Source: Octopus vulgaris
Taxonomy: Eukaryota
NCBI GenBank assembly: GCA_951406725.2
Contig: OX597818.1
Coordinates: 35,712,001-35,776,000, forward strand
DNA: 64,000 bases
Reading direction: 5' to 3'
The notes beneath the pieces are model-generated. The model did no database searches and had not been told where the DNA came from. It worked only from the letters and a program-made list of their open reading frames with translations. Each line of letters begins with the position of its first letter. Position 1 is the first letter of the stretch. Positions 13,221 to 25,774 of this stretch are shown here, one piece after another. A program made the position numbers and the translations under genes.

Positions 13221-14435
13221 AGTTTTAGATTCCAGAATTTACCAACTGTCGTAAAAGAGATTTATAATTAAGAAAGGGTTATGGCAGAGAAAGGTAACCT
13301 CATTTACACAGTCCGATAGACTACAAATGGATGAGTTATAGGAGAAAAAAAAAAGATAAATATTAATCATAAACCGACGAAATCCAATCAATAAAGGGTA
13401 TGCATGAAAATAGATAACGGAAACTAATGAATACAAAGTAACTTATTTTTAAAAAGCCCAAGCGAAACAGTTTTCCTTTGTTCGTTGCACTTTAGTTAAT
13501 GAAATGAAAGTAATGGATTCTTAATAAAGTTTTCTCTGTTATTTATAATCCAGTAAATATATCCATTAATTAACTCTAAAGCGACACAATGTTATCATAA
13601 AAGGAGAAGATTATATATCCTTTCACAGTTATCTACATGGAAAATTCCTTTGACTTACACTGCAATATTTTTTTCTTTTCTTTTTCTTATATTTGAGAAA
13701 CCATCGAATATATTTTAGATATAGTGACTAAATCTAAGCACCCACCCATGTCAAAGTATTGGCGTTGTTGGTTTCTTTATCCACCACCACCACCTCTTCC
13801 TCCCCCGCCTACTCCTCATAAGACACCCCGCCTACGCGTCCTCACCTCTTCCATCTCCACCCATTTTCTTCCTTGCTTCATTTCTTCGAGATAATCAGCG
13901 TGATTATCATAGCTACTTCCCTGTATTGCATACTTTAAAACAGAAATTGTATTTCATCACGCCAACACTGTGATGCAAAATGCTTCCTATGATGGCTTAC
14001 AAATACTCAGTAAAATAACGGGAAAAAAAAGTCCATGAATAAATTAACGGTGGGCGGAATTAATAAAAGACTGACTCAAGTATACATACAATGCACGCAC
14101 GCACGGGCGCACCCACGTAAGGGTATACACACATACACACACGAGTGTATGTGTGTGTGAGTGTGTATGTGGGCCTGTGTGTGTGTGTAATCTCACTGTC
14201 TCTCTGTCTCTAAAAACACACGCACACATGCACACACACGCATATATTTGAATATATGTATATGTGCGTATATGAGTGTGTGTATATGTGTGTGTTTACG
14301 TATGTGTATGTGTGTGCATATATATGTGTGTGTACGTGTGAGTATAAAATCACTCCCATGTACTCGCGCAGGCATATGATATACTTATATATGTATGTAT
14401 ATGTGTGTATATATATGTATGCATGTGTATATATA

Positions 14436-14486
<51 letters not shown>

Positions 14487-14491
14487 ATGTA

Positions 14492-14530
<39 letters not shown>

Positions 14531-16140
14531 CTAGCAGAGATATCCGGCGTTGCCCGTGTCACCTGGAATTGAAGAATTAGACTTTTGTTTTAAATTTTCT
14601 CTAATGAACTGGCACACCTATGATTCGAATTTCATCAAAATTGGAGATCAAGAATTTTAATTGGGATTCTTTCTTTCTTTTCACAACCCAACACAAATTC
14701 TAATCATGACATATTTATCCGATACCAATCTTCATGCCCAGATTCCAAAATCCAAATCTTATAATCCCCATTCAAATGTTTTTGTTCCTGAAAGATGGAG
14801 CACATAGACCACATGGAACGTTAAAATATGGGAGTTAAGATCCCTATTAGGGGGTTCTTAAAGTCAGCCAGAGAAGTTGAATTGTCGGGAATCCTTTTAA
14901 AATTGTGTCATATCTATTGTTCAAATTTCTTTGAAATCGAAAATATATGAGTATTCACTGCGTTTGTATAAAAGAGAGCAAAGCTAGAGGAAAACAAAAG
15001 ACGAATGATAACAACAAGTAGTTAGCTACCCTACTCTAGTCGTTACCACTCCTCAATGTGAGATGCATTATGCATCTATAGCAACTGGAAGGGCGTGACC
15101 CAACTCAAATAAATATTAACAACTGTGTGATGTTAGAGCTAAGGGGAATGCATGTGTCACCTCTGGAGGTTGCCAATGATCACTATGTCGATTGCAACTG
15201 AACAGAATAAATTTGCAATCTATAAATCTCTTTGAATTACCAATCATTTATCTGGAAAGGCCTTGAAATCAAATGTTACGATCTGGGGAATATCTCTGAC
15301 CCATTGATAATAAAAAGACTCAAAGGAGGTCCGCAACTAGATAACTTTACTCAAAATAACACTTTGCAACTGAATCAATGGAGGCAAAGATGTATCTCCT
15401 TTACTTGACAATTTCTGAAACCACATTGCAGAAATCACAATGTAAGTATATCTCAAAACAAAATCTTACCCTGTTGTACCATTGAATTATAAATAACGCT
15501 CATCTTGTATCCTCGTTTGGCTCTACAGATTCCAAGACTACAATTGTATTGGTCTTGGCTTAGAAAAAATGGCTAAATTGTGGGGGTTAAACCCCCATTA
15601 AGGGATCTTGCTAACCGCCTAAGAAGTCGAAATTTTTGGAATATTACTTCATTTGTGTCTAATATCTATGGTTAAAATTTCGTCAACAGCAAGAATGTAT
15701 GAATTTTCATGGGGCTTATGACCTCATTTATGCCCCCTCAGTTTCAAACATATGCTAAATTACATCCGCCCTTATGAATAGAATATAATTTCCAAATTTC
15801 ATATAGATCCATTCAGTACTTTTTACCGTTTTGGATCATAAAAAATAACTAAAATTTGGGGTTTAAGCCCCTATTGGGGGGTCTTAGAATCATCGAAAGA
15901 AATGGAAATTTTGGGTATATTTTATTATTTATTTCTAATACCTATGGTTCAAACTTCATCAAAGCCTGAAGCATATGAATTTTCACAGGGAGTTGTGCCT
16001 CTCTTTATGCTCCCTCAAAATTGTATGAAACATATCGCATTACTCTTTTTCCTAGGCTTGGATTTTGTGCTCCAAATTTCATTAGGATCGGTTCAGTACT
16101 TTTCAAATACACGAACACACAGACATTGACTTTTATAATA
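14531..16140 (-). mobile_element. Non-autonomous Helitron with internal diverged repeats and a decayed helicase fragment
   Basis: Minus-strand 3' end CGGGCAACGCCGGATATCTCTGCTAG (hairpin plus CTAG); 5' TATTATAAAAGTCAATGTCTGTGTG...ACTGAACCGATCCTAATGAAATTTGG; repeats at about 14820, 15575 and 15850. Confidence 0.75.
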
Positions 16141-16195
16141 TAATATAATATAATATAATATAATATAATATAATATAATATAATATATATGTATA

Positions 16196-16239
<44 letters not shown>

Positions 16240-16370
16240 TATATACATCGTCTTTCGGGTAATCCGACTGAGTTGGTCAATCACCGCTCCTGTCCATTTC
16301 AGAAAGAGTGCATTGTAGCGAACTACAGCAGCAACCGATATGTTGTTGGCTATGTGCCAAACTTTCAAAC

Positions 16371-16432
<62 letters not shown>

Positions 16433-16433
<1 letters not shown>

Positions 16434-17995
16434 GTATTTTCCTTCTTTCTTCAAATTTTCTTCCGTTTCTCGCCGAGTGTTTTCCATACACCTAGGGCAG
16501 AGAAGGGCATTGTATGCATTCCCAGATTACACGCGCAAATTCACAGATAAAATATGTATTTAAAAATTAATAAATAAATAAATTCATGGATGGATGTTAT
16601 TTTCACAGCGATAGTGCTCTTCTCAGTACATGAGCCGTTCCAGTTAATACGATTTTTGCACTTCCTGTAGGGATGGTAAGCCTGGAATCATTTTCAAATA
16701 GGTTTCAGTACCTTTTTTTTTATCATTCCTAGAGATCCTACAATCACTGGTACTGTAGTCGTCTTGAGGTGCCACATTTTTTCAATTTCCATTAGCAGGT
16801 CTTTATATTTACTAATCTTGTCAAATTCATTCGCCGCTATATTGTGATCACAGGGAATACTCATGTCAATTAATAAACACATCCTTTTTGTCTGATCTTT
16901 TATAATGATATCCGGTTTATTGGCTTTTATAGTCCTGTCGGTCTGCACGGGGAAGTCCCATAGAATCGACACATTTTCTCCCTCAGTCACAGCTTCAGGA
17001 TGATGTTTATACCATTTGTCAGCGGTTTTGATTTTATAATGCCGACATAGTGTCCAGTGTAAATACTGGCCGACTCTGTCATGTCTTGCTTTATATTCTA
17101 CAGGTACTAAGACTCTACACCCTGAGATTAGGTGGTCTATTGTTTCAATCTCATCGTTACAGAATCGGCATTTTGGGTCAGCTCCATTTTTCATCACAAT
17201 AGCTTGGTAGTTCCGGGTAAATAAGCTTTGGTCTTGAGCAGCAAATATGAAACCTTCACTCTCTGCTTTTAGCCCTGAACTTCGTAACCATTGGTGCGTG
17301 TGTTTATGGTCGACATCAGCTTGTTTGCTACGGTCCACATACTTGCCATGGAAAGGTTTCTGTTCCCATCTGCTAGCTAAATTTTCATGTACTTTTGTCT
17401 TTGCAATTAATTTTATTTTCTTTGCAGCTGCAGTTGGCTCCTTTTCTTCAGCCTGTTCAATCTGATGGGTATCTAAGAGATCAGTAGCGAATTTTTTGCT
17501 CTCTTTGAGAATAGAGTGAAGTTTTTTAGGTCTTTCATTTGTTTTTCAACAAGTTTTAGCATCCAATCGTTGGTTGCTTCAAGGTATTTGGCCAGTCCGA
17601 TTGTGGTGGTTTTGTATGTAAGTTCAAGCTGGATCAAACCTTGACTTCCCTGTGCTCTGGGAAGGTAAAGGCGATCCACGTCTGCCTTTTGATGGTGCAT
17701 CTTATTACAAGTCAGTAGCTTGCGGATTTTCCTGTCAATTTTCATTATTTCACTGGTATTCCAGTTAAGCACATTGAAGCTATAAAGAACAACTGGTACG
17801 GCTAAGGAATTTATGGCTAAAACCTTATTATATGCATTCAGCTCAGACTTCAGGACTGCTCGTACTCTTCTGTAACATTCTTTCCTAACCTTCTCTTTCA
17901 TGCTTGCATGCTGGATACCAGAGCCTTCATTTATTCCTAGGTATTTATAGGTTTGTTCCTGCTCAAGTTCCTTTATTACTATTTCGACATCTATT
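16433..17995 (-). mobile_element. Dong/R4-clade non-LTR retrotransposon, 5'-truncated (RT thumb, CCHC knuckle, restriction-like endonuclease)
   Basis: ORFs 17473-18006 (YKYLGI, RLYLPR) and 16694-17338 (CRFC..ETIDHLISGC, RHD, KPDI..IDMSIP..K); ends GTAHVLRRALSL* at 16603; 3' end runs into (TAA)n. Confidence 0.95.
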
Positions 17996-18070
17996 ATTAT
18001 TATCATTCTTCTTCTTCTTCTTCTTCTTCTTCTTCTTCTTCTTCTTCTTCTTCTTCTTCTTCTTCTTCTT

Positions 18071-18160
<90 letters not shown>

Positions 18161-18180
18161 GTTATTATTATTATTATTAC

Positions 18181-18613
18181 TATTTTCTTTGCACAGCTTA
18201 CTACGGTGTCAGCTATTCACTACCAGTGAACTAAGGTTATACCTCTTACTTTTCGAGCACCTTCCAGAGTATTCGAGCGGTTCCAAGCAGTGCTGTTTTC
18301 TGCAAAGTGCTCCACCCTTATTGCAGCCCCTATTTTTCCCATGTACTTCTCTAGATTTCTACTCACTGTTTCCAGGGATAAAAAGATTTGGAAAATGTCA
18401 TGCACGAATATCTGTACAACTTAACACCTTGTTAAATGCCGACCAAGTAACACCAGAGTGGCTGACATTGGGTAGGACAGTGCTGTGCTTGAAAAACATC
18501 GAAAAAGGCAATACGGTAGAAAATTACAGGCCGAAATCCTGATTGCCACTTATATGGAAATTATTGACTGGAATAGTCGCAGAGTCAATGTACGAATATC
18601 TGGAAAAATATGG
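18181..18613 (-). mobile_element. Second Dong/R4 copy: 3' end on minus strand joined to an inverted RT segment (18376-18613, plus strand)
   Basis: Minus: QKTALLGTARILWKVLEK*; plus: IKRFGKCHARISVQLN..PEWLTLGRTVLCLK..NYRP..PLIWKLLTGI; (TAT)n on both sides. Confidence 0.88.
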
Positions 18614-18686
<73 letters not shown>

Positions 18687-18688
<2 letters not shown>

Positions 18689-19339
18689 TAGTTTTATTTT
18701 TATAACGTGCTTTCTCTTCACTACCGACCGCAGCTCTGCGTGCCTTGGGTATGTGCTGTGGTTTGCTGTGATCGTCTTATGTTTACTGCATTGAAAGTGT
18801 TCTGCGTAGGATGCGTACAGTGCCTAGTAGTGAAATTTTCTGTATGTTATATATATTTATAAGTCCTGGTATTTTTGTTATGTATTTGTCTGAATATTTT
18901 TTATTATACCTAATGTGCTCACTATAATAGGAATTGTTTCTGTTTTTAGATTCCACATTCGAGTTATCTCTATTCCCAAGTTTTGTATTTTGAATGTTTC
19001 TCCATTTCTTTTAGAGAAACGTTGTCATCTACTGGTATTGATACATCAATTAGAAAGCATTTTTTCTTCATGATCTCTGATAACTATATCTGGTCTGTTG
19101 GCCTTAATTTCTCTATCTGTGTGTATTGGCATATCCCAGAGTATTGTTGCTTTCTCATTTTCCGCGACCTTTTCTGGTGTGTACCTATACCATCTTTTTT
19201 CTGTTGTTATTCCATAATGTTGGCATAGCTTCCAGTGTATGTAGGTCCCAACTCTGTCGTGTCTGTGAATATATTCCTTCTTAACCAGGACTGGACAGCC
19301 AGAGATAATTTAATTTATTGTTTCTTGTCCATCTTCACA

Positions 19340-19340
<1 letters not shown>
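18687..19340 (-). mobile_element. Third Dong/R4 subfamily, 3' end
   Basis: Minus-strand RHDRVGTYIHWKLCQHYG..ILWDMPIHTDREIKANRPDIV..QKISLLGTVRILRRTLSMQ*; flanked by (TAT)n. Confidence 0.9.
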
Positions 19341-19420
<80 letters not shown>

Positions 19421-19426
19421 CATTAT

Positions 19427-19640
19427 GGCGGCGAGCTAGCAGAGCCGTTAGCACACCGGGCAAAATGCTTAGCGATATTACGTCCGTCTTTACGTTTTGC
19501 GTTCAAATTCAACCGAGGTCGACATTGACTTTAATCTTTCCAGGGTCGAAACGATAAAATACCAGTTGAACACTGGGGTCGATGTAATCGTCTTATCCCC
19601 TCCCCCCAAACTTCTACCCCTGTGGCAAAATTTGCAACCA
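19427..19640 (+). mobile_element. MESC-type SINE (tail 1)
   Basis: Head GGCGGCGAGCTAGCAGAG and family body. Confidence 0.85.
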
Positions 19641-20033
19641 TTGTTATTATCATTATTATTATTTCAATTATGTTGAATTTCATATTCGTATCGGTATTGT
19701 GTAGTCCTTTTTCCTGTTCTTGTTGCGATTAATATTTTTCTCTGTGTCCTATAATACATTTTCGGTTATTTATCTTACTGATTCTGCTGTGACGGCAGAA
19801 TGGCTATTGCTTCATTCTATTATCATATATGACTGATTGAAAGAATGAAAGAACATTTCTGAATTTTGTCTTAGTTTTCCAAAGATTTATATTTATCACA
19901 GGACTATGGCGTCTTCAGACTTAGTCTTTAGATTGAAATCGGACACAGCACACAGTTCCCCCATCTTTCTTCTTCTTTCCTTCCCCTCACATATACATAT
20001 ATGTATTCTATAGTATATACATATAAAAATATA

Positions 20034-20079
<46 letters not shown>

Positions 20080-20276
20080 AAGACGTGCATATGTAATTGT
20101 TTTTGTACGTTTTCTACTGAAACAGGAACGAAAAGCGAAATACATAAACACACTCTGTACACACTTCCTTAACAATAATGGGACCTCGAATATAAAGTGA
20201 GCAGCATTATTTTTAAGGAAGTCCACCAATATATTTCATCCTTAGGATATAACTATACGATGTATAATTTGATGCA

Positions 20277-20597
20277 TCTGTATATATAAAAAGCAGGATG
20301 TGTGTGTGTGTGTGTGAGCATGTGTACGTGAATGTAATTTATGCACGTCCACAAATTAGCACCCATGTCGCTCCAATTTTAGGAGGACACTCGTCATGAC
20401 TCTAGCTGTATTTTCGTCAACTTATTTTCCCCAGAGGCACCCGCGAATAGCAGTAAAAATAAATTTTCAAGTCGGAGAAATTACCATTTTTTGCACACAG
20501 GAGTTAAGTCCCCTTCTAGTGACGAGTTAGGTTTTAAGACGATTGTTGTTATTTTCCATCGAGGAAAGAAGTGTTTTGTTGATATACGGGCAACACA

Positions 20598-20651
<54 letters not shown>

Positions 20652-20763
20652 CACACGTACGGACGCACATCTATTGCATACATGGTTTTTGTACACATAC
20701 AGGTTCGTGTATGTGTGTGTGTACAAAAACCATGTATGCAATAGATGTACGTCCGTACGTGTG

Positions 20764-20838
<75 letters not shown>

Positions 20839-20960
20839 CCAATTTCAACGGATTTCTCCCAATTTTGACGTCAATGTTACTTAGTTTGGCTTGAAATAAA
20901 GAACTTGATTAGCTTAATAATCATAACTTAATCTCAGGCAAAGCCGGGTTATGCTATTAG
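20277..20960 (+). mobile_element. Non-autonomous Helitron-like element
   Basis: A|TC 5' end (TCTGTATATATAAAA then GT repeat); 3' CAGGCAAAGCCGGGTTATGCTATTAG|T resembles hairpin plus CTAG terminus. Confidence 0.65.
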
Positions 20961-21059
20961 TATAAGTTATTGCTCTCTTCCAGATAAAATGGTAAGCTTT
21001 GCAATATAATACAATATAATATAATCTATAAATATATGATGCGTGTATATATAAAGAGT

Positions 21060-21385
21060 AAATGCCCACTTCAGTCATAAATGACTAGGGGATTGCACTT
21101 ACAATGTTCCCCTCCAAAGCACATGTCCTGGTAAGGTTGTTTATGGAGGATAAGCAGTTGCCCGTGCATACCAGGCTGCCTTCTCCGCGCCACCGATGTT
21201 ATCCGAAGGAAAGGCAAAGGCCGATATAGCTTGGCACCAGTGATATCTACAGTTGAGTGAACTGGAGCAACGTGAAATAAAGTGTCTTGCTCAAGAACAC
21301 AACACACAGCCCGGTCCGAGAACCGAACTCACTGACCCGTGATTGTGAGCCCGACGCTCTAATCACTGTGTCATGCATCTTCACA
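21060..21385 (-). mobile_element. tRNA/CORE-like SINE with long alternative tail
   Basis: Homologous to 41300-41575, 57121-57440 and 60745-61035. Confidence 0.8.
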
Positions 21386-21681
21386 GGTACATATATGTGG
21401 CTTTTACCACTTAATAGCCACCGCCTCTACAATTCTGTTATTGAACGTCGATATGTTAGCGTCATTTTTCTTAGGATGTCTGCTATATCAGGTTTCTAAC
21501 ACAAGGATATACGCAGGATTGCACCTAAGGACACATGCTCTGGTTTCTATAACTTCGGAAAGTTGAACTATGAACTTTTATGCTTCCTTTTTCTTCTTTC
21601 TTTCCATTACCTTATTTTTTTACTCCCTTCCTCTATGTCGTCATCTTATTAATATATACTATTCTCATTTTTCCCTATTTG

Positions 21682-21735
21682 TCTCTGATAACTGAATATC
21701 CCATACACGAGGATATCCCAGAAACCGGTGTAAGA
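21682..21735 (+). ncRNA. Decayed hammerhead-like motif
   Basis: TCT-CTGATAA-C-TGAATATCC..GGATATCCCA-GAAA-CCGG-TGTA-AGA; G8 is mutated to A. Confidence 0.4.
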
Positions 21736-21819
21736 TTTTGAATTCCTTCCCATAATAATATTGTATACTACTGGAAATGCTTGCCTTGCCTTAACGTTTG
21801 TTGTCTTGTTCAACAGTTT

Positions 21820-21850
<31 letters not shown>

Positions 21851-21884
21851 GTGTGTGTGTGTTCATATATGTGTGCCTATTCAT

Positions 21885-22268
21885 ATTGAAAGTTACCCCA
21901 ACAGCAGAACAGGGCGCCACTTCATGATGCCAAAGATCCCAACATCACCATCAAAATACAGGACCAGATACTGCAACATCTTGGGTTTCAGGGGACCACA
22001 TATCTTCAATATCCTTCCTAAATGCTTGAGAGACCTGCATTATGTGGATGTGGGTTTCTTTAAAACTAAACTTGATCTCTTCTTGTCAGGGGTTCCAGAT
22101 GAACCTACCTCTCGGCAGGAAACACAGATGCGAGCAGCGGTGTCGAACTCCCTTGTTGACCAAGTGCCACGTATCAGAGGTGGTTTCACATACTAGTGTA
22201 GCACATTCAACGGTGGTGCCCCAGTATGGCCGCAGCTTTCGGACTGAAACACTTTTAAGGATTTAAGG
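21885..22268 (+). mobile_element. CR1/L2-group LINE 3' end (ORF2 C-terminus plus 3' UTR)
   Basis: NILGFRGPHIFNILPKCLRDL..FFKTKLDLFLSGVPDEP; 3' UTR GGTGGTGCCCCAGTATGGCCGCAGC..CTGAAACA with short terminal repeat TTTAAGGA x2. Confidence 0.85.
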
Positions 22269-22375
22269 AAGTGATCTTGAATGTTTTCCAACATATGTTT
22301 GAAAATCAACTAAAAAATTTCTATCACTTGATAAATTTATGACAATGAGCCATGCAAGCTCTGAACAGCAGAATA

Positions 22376-22603
22376 CAGTAACCCCTTGTCATATGGCGGT
22401 TCATCTATCGCGATTTACTATTTAAGCTTACGTCGATTCCTCCGTGGTGTTGTTTTGCGTTTATAATAAAATAAGTATATACAAATTATAAAAATAAGCA
22501 AAGAATATATACAGTACAGTACCGTTTCAAAGTCACGAATTTTTACCTATCACGGCTGGGTGGGGGTTGCAACGTAATACACGCGATAGTCGAGGGATTA
22601 ATG
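22376..22603. mobile_element. Tigger/pogo-like MITE
   Basis: TA|CAGTAACCCCTTG...CGAGGGATTAATG|TA; imperfect TIRs, TA TSD. Confidence 0.7.
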
Positions 22604-23708
22604 TACTACGAAATAATTTCCTTCAAACTCTGATTCACTCTAGCGACACTCTGAATATATCTCTTCACGCATACGTAAGGAATTTAGAAATAAATCACTC
22701 CGATTGCGTCTCTTTGCGCATCCGTAAGGAATTCAGAAATAAATAATATTTTAAATAGGTTATTTTTGAAACTCGTTAATTTGCTACACCCACCACTGAT
22801 GCCTTTGAAACTTGCTCTAAGATATTTGTGTATGCGCGCATGTGTGTAATGGAGACAATAAAACCAAATCATGACAGGCATTTCTCATGCGCTTGTGAAA
22901 GAAATGAAATAAATATTTGCATCTGGCTAATATTTGAGCGTCAGACAAAATGCTTTTATGATTTTAGTCACCTTATTTTAGGTCTTGAGTTAAAATCCTC
23001 CTCCCAAAGTTGACAATCATCCTTTTGTGAACCCTTAAGATTAGTACCATACAAATAATGATAACAAGATAATATTCTGCACCTTCAGCGCAATTTGTGG
23101 CTTGTGTTTATGTAAAAAAATATTCGTACAAATTTTGACGGTTAATTTTTGTTGCTACTATGGTGTAATCGAAAAGCAATTTTGATCTAGATAACCTGTG
23201 AACCAGCCACTATCATCTCCATCACATTTTATATATCTAGGATTACATTGCTTAATCTATCAGTCCTATTTTGAGACACTCTAGTGCTCTTTCTAGGAGG
23301 ACGAGTGGTTGAGTGGTGTTTTACTTGTTGGTTCCAATACTTTATGTGCTAATTGCAAATTGTTAAGAAGAAAGTCAAGATGTAATGTCGTTACTTTATG
23401 AAAAACATTGTATTTGTTATTATATACTTCAAAGGTATAAAGATTTAATAAATATCACTGGCAGCGATCTGCCTAGGAGGCTATAACACAGTTTAATATT
23501 ATTGAAGCCAGAACATATTTCACACAGGAAGATCTTCCGGCTATTCTTTGTAAAGCATAGATCTGAGTGAAAGTTTAGCTTAGTGCACAGAATAATGAAA
23601 ATGCAAACAGTTGGTCTGACTAAACCATCAAATAGAAAGTAAACACCAGCATTTTCGTGCGTGCGTATGTGTGCATATACACTGAAGCATACATATGCAC
23701 ATTATGAA

Positions 23709-23741
<33 letters not shown>

Positions 23742-24400
23742 GTAAACATGTGCACACATAAACACATGGCTTAAGCGTGTATAAGGTATGTGCTTTTGAA
23801 TTTATGAACATGAGGAGAAACGATGATATAAATTACTGATTAATTATGTATTGTGGTACTCAGGTTACTGTCTGAGGTCTGTGAGTGCTGTAGATCGCAC
23901 AAGTGATGTCTGATGCAGGAAATACTTTCTTTATAATGCAAGATTAGTAGAATAAAAGCAAGCATGGCGAGAAATAGATAAATAAATATATAGAAAGTAC
24001 AGAAAATAAAAATATAAAATATTTTATAATAATACTTGGCAGTGAGTGGTTTGATACATAACACTGTGTATGAAGGCTCCAATAGCGAGCATTTAAATAA
24101 AATATTTGAAAAATTATCTGGTTTAAACGCCACTAAAGTTTAAATGTTGTTTTAATATGGTAAAACGTTTTCTAGGGTTACTATTGAAGCAGTTCTATAG
24201 TTCACACAGTAAAAGTTAGTTTTAGTGACACCGTGAATCTTATATGTTTATTATCAAATGTTAATTGAAGAAAGCATAAATGCAATAAATAATAGTTATG
24301 AACTGAGATATCTATGCAATTGTAGCAATATTATTTCTTCTCCCATAAACGAAAAGAAATGTGATAGTGAATTCGTGGATAGTGTCATTGTCAGGTCACC

Positions 24401-24476
<76 letters not shown>

Positions 24477-24477
<1 letters not shown>

Positions 24478-25201
24478 AAGGAATAAAATCGTTATTTAAA
24501 ATACCGATCATTTCAAGTGACCAGCATGGGAATAAAAACCTTATAGGTAATAATTATAATTAAAATAATAATTGAAGGTATCTAAAAGATACCACCATGC
24601 GAGAGATAGCAGTCAAAACTTGACTCTAAAACCACTCCAGGTATTCATACAGCACCAAGAGAAAAGACAAACAGACAAATGAACTAGCAAAAAATTATTG
24701 GGTAATCCCAGATCTAAATTTCTGGCTTTGCATAAAAATATACTCTGCCTCATCAGTGGGATATACACAGATAGTACATAATTACAAATATAACATACGA
24801 ATACTTACATATGCGCACGTATACACACATATATATGTACGTATACTCGACCGGTTTAATTGCCCATCTAAACACCACGTGCTATATTGTCAAAATACCA
24901 CCGCAGTGAATATAATGACGAAGTAAATATATAAATTTATATAAATAAAGATAAGATCGTTATTTAAAATGCCGATCATATCAAGTGGCCAACATAGGAA
25001 TAAAAATCTTATAGGTAATAATGATTATTAAAATTATAATTAAGGGTATCTAAAAGATACCACCATGCTAGAGATAGCAGTTAAAACTTGACTCTAAAAT
25101 TACATCAAGCATTCATACAGCAACAGGTGGTTTTAGAGTCAAGTTTTGACTGGTATCTCTAGCATGGTGGTATCTTTTAGATACGCTTAATTATAATTTT
25201 A
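24477..25201 (-). mobile_element. Non-coding Penelope-like unit with direct repeat, inverted 5' tail and HHR
   Basis: About 165-bp direct repeat at 24488 and 24956 (468-bp period); inverted copy 25127-25201; HHR inside; abuts (TA)n(TG)n. Confidence 0.8.
24705..24762 (-). ncRNA. Type I hammerhead ribozyme
   Basis: Minus strand AUCCCA-CUGAUGA-GGC..GCC-A-GAAA-UUUAGA-UC-UGGGAU; perfect 6-bp helix I, intact core, AUC site, one extra A before GAAA. Confidence 0.85.
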
Positions 25202-25202
25202 T

Positions 25203-25426
25203 ATATATATGATAGATCATTAGCCACTACACACATTTTTTCTCTCCTTTTTTTCTCTCCTTTTTTTATCTCCTTGTTTCTCTCCTTGTTTTTTCTGTGT
25301 CCCTTTCTGTAGAAGAGCGTAGGCTCGAAACGCAAAATACTTTTTCTATTCTTGAGCGTTATACTAATACATCTGTTTGTTTTGTACACCACCTGTTTTC
25401 GTCTTTTGTTTTTTTTCGTAAACTCT

Positions 25427-25430
<4 letters not shown>
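25203..25430 (+). mobile_element. Penelope-like terminal repeat with variant HHR core
   Basis: TTT-CTGTAGA-A-GAGC-GTAG-GCTC-GAAA-CG-CA-AAA at about 25304-25337; ends in (TA)n; partial minus copy at 11160-11222. Confidence 0.65.
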
Positions 25431-25484
<54 letters not shown>

Positions 25485-25719
25485 GGGTTTGTCTGTGGTT
25501 TCTGTGTGTCTGTTTTTGTCCTCCTTGCAGGTTTCAACCGATTCTGATGAAACTTGACACCAATAGCAATGTCATAATTCAAACAACGCAGCGATTTGAA
25601 AGTTCAGTTCTGAAAAATCGATAAATTCACTGGGGTCGAGAATCAGAACCAAAAAGAGTCTAGACGCACCCCTTTACCTCTTTCATCATTTTTTTTTTGT
25701 ATTTTTTGTGTGTACCTAG

Positions 25720-25769
<50 letters not shown>

Positions 25770-25774
<5 letters not shown>

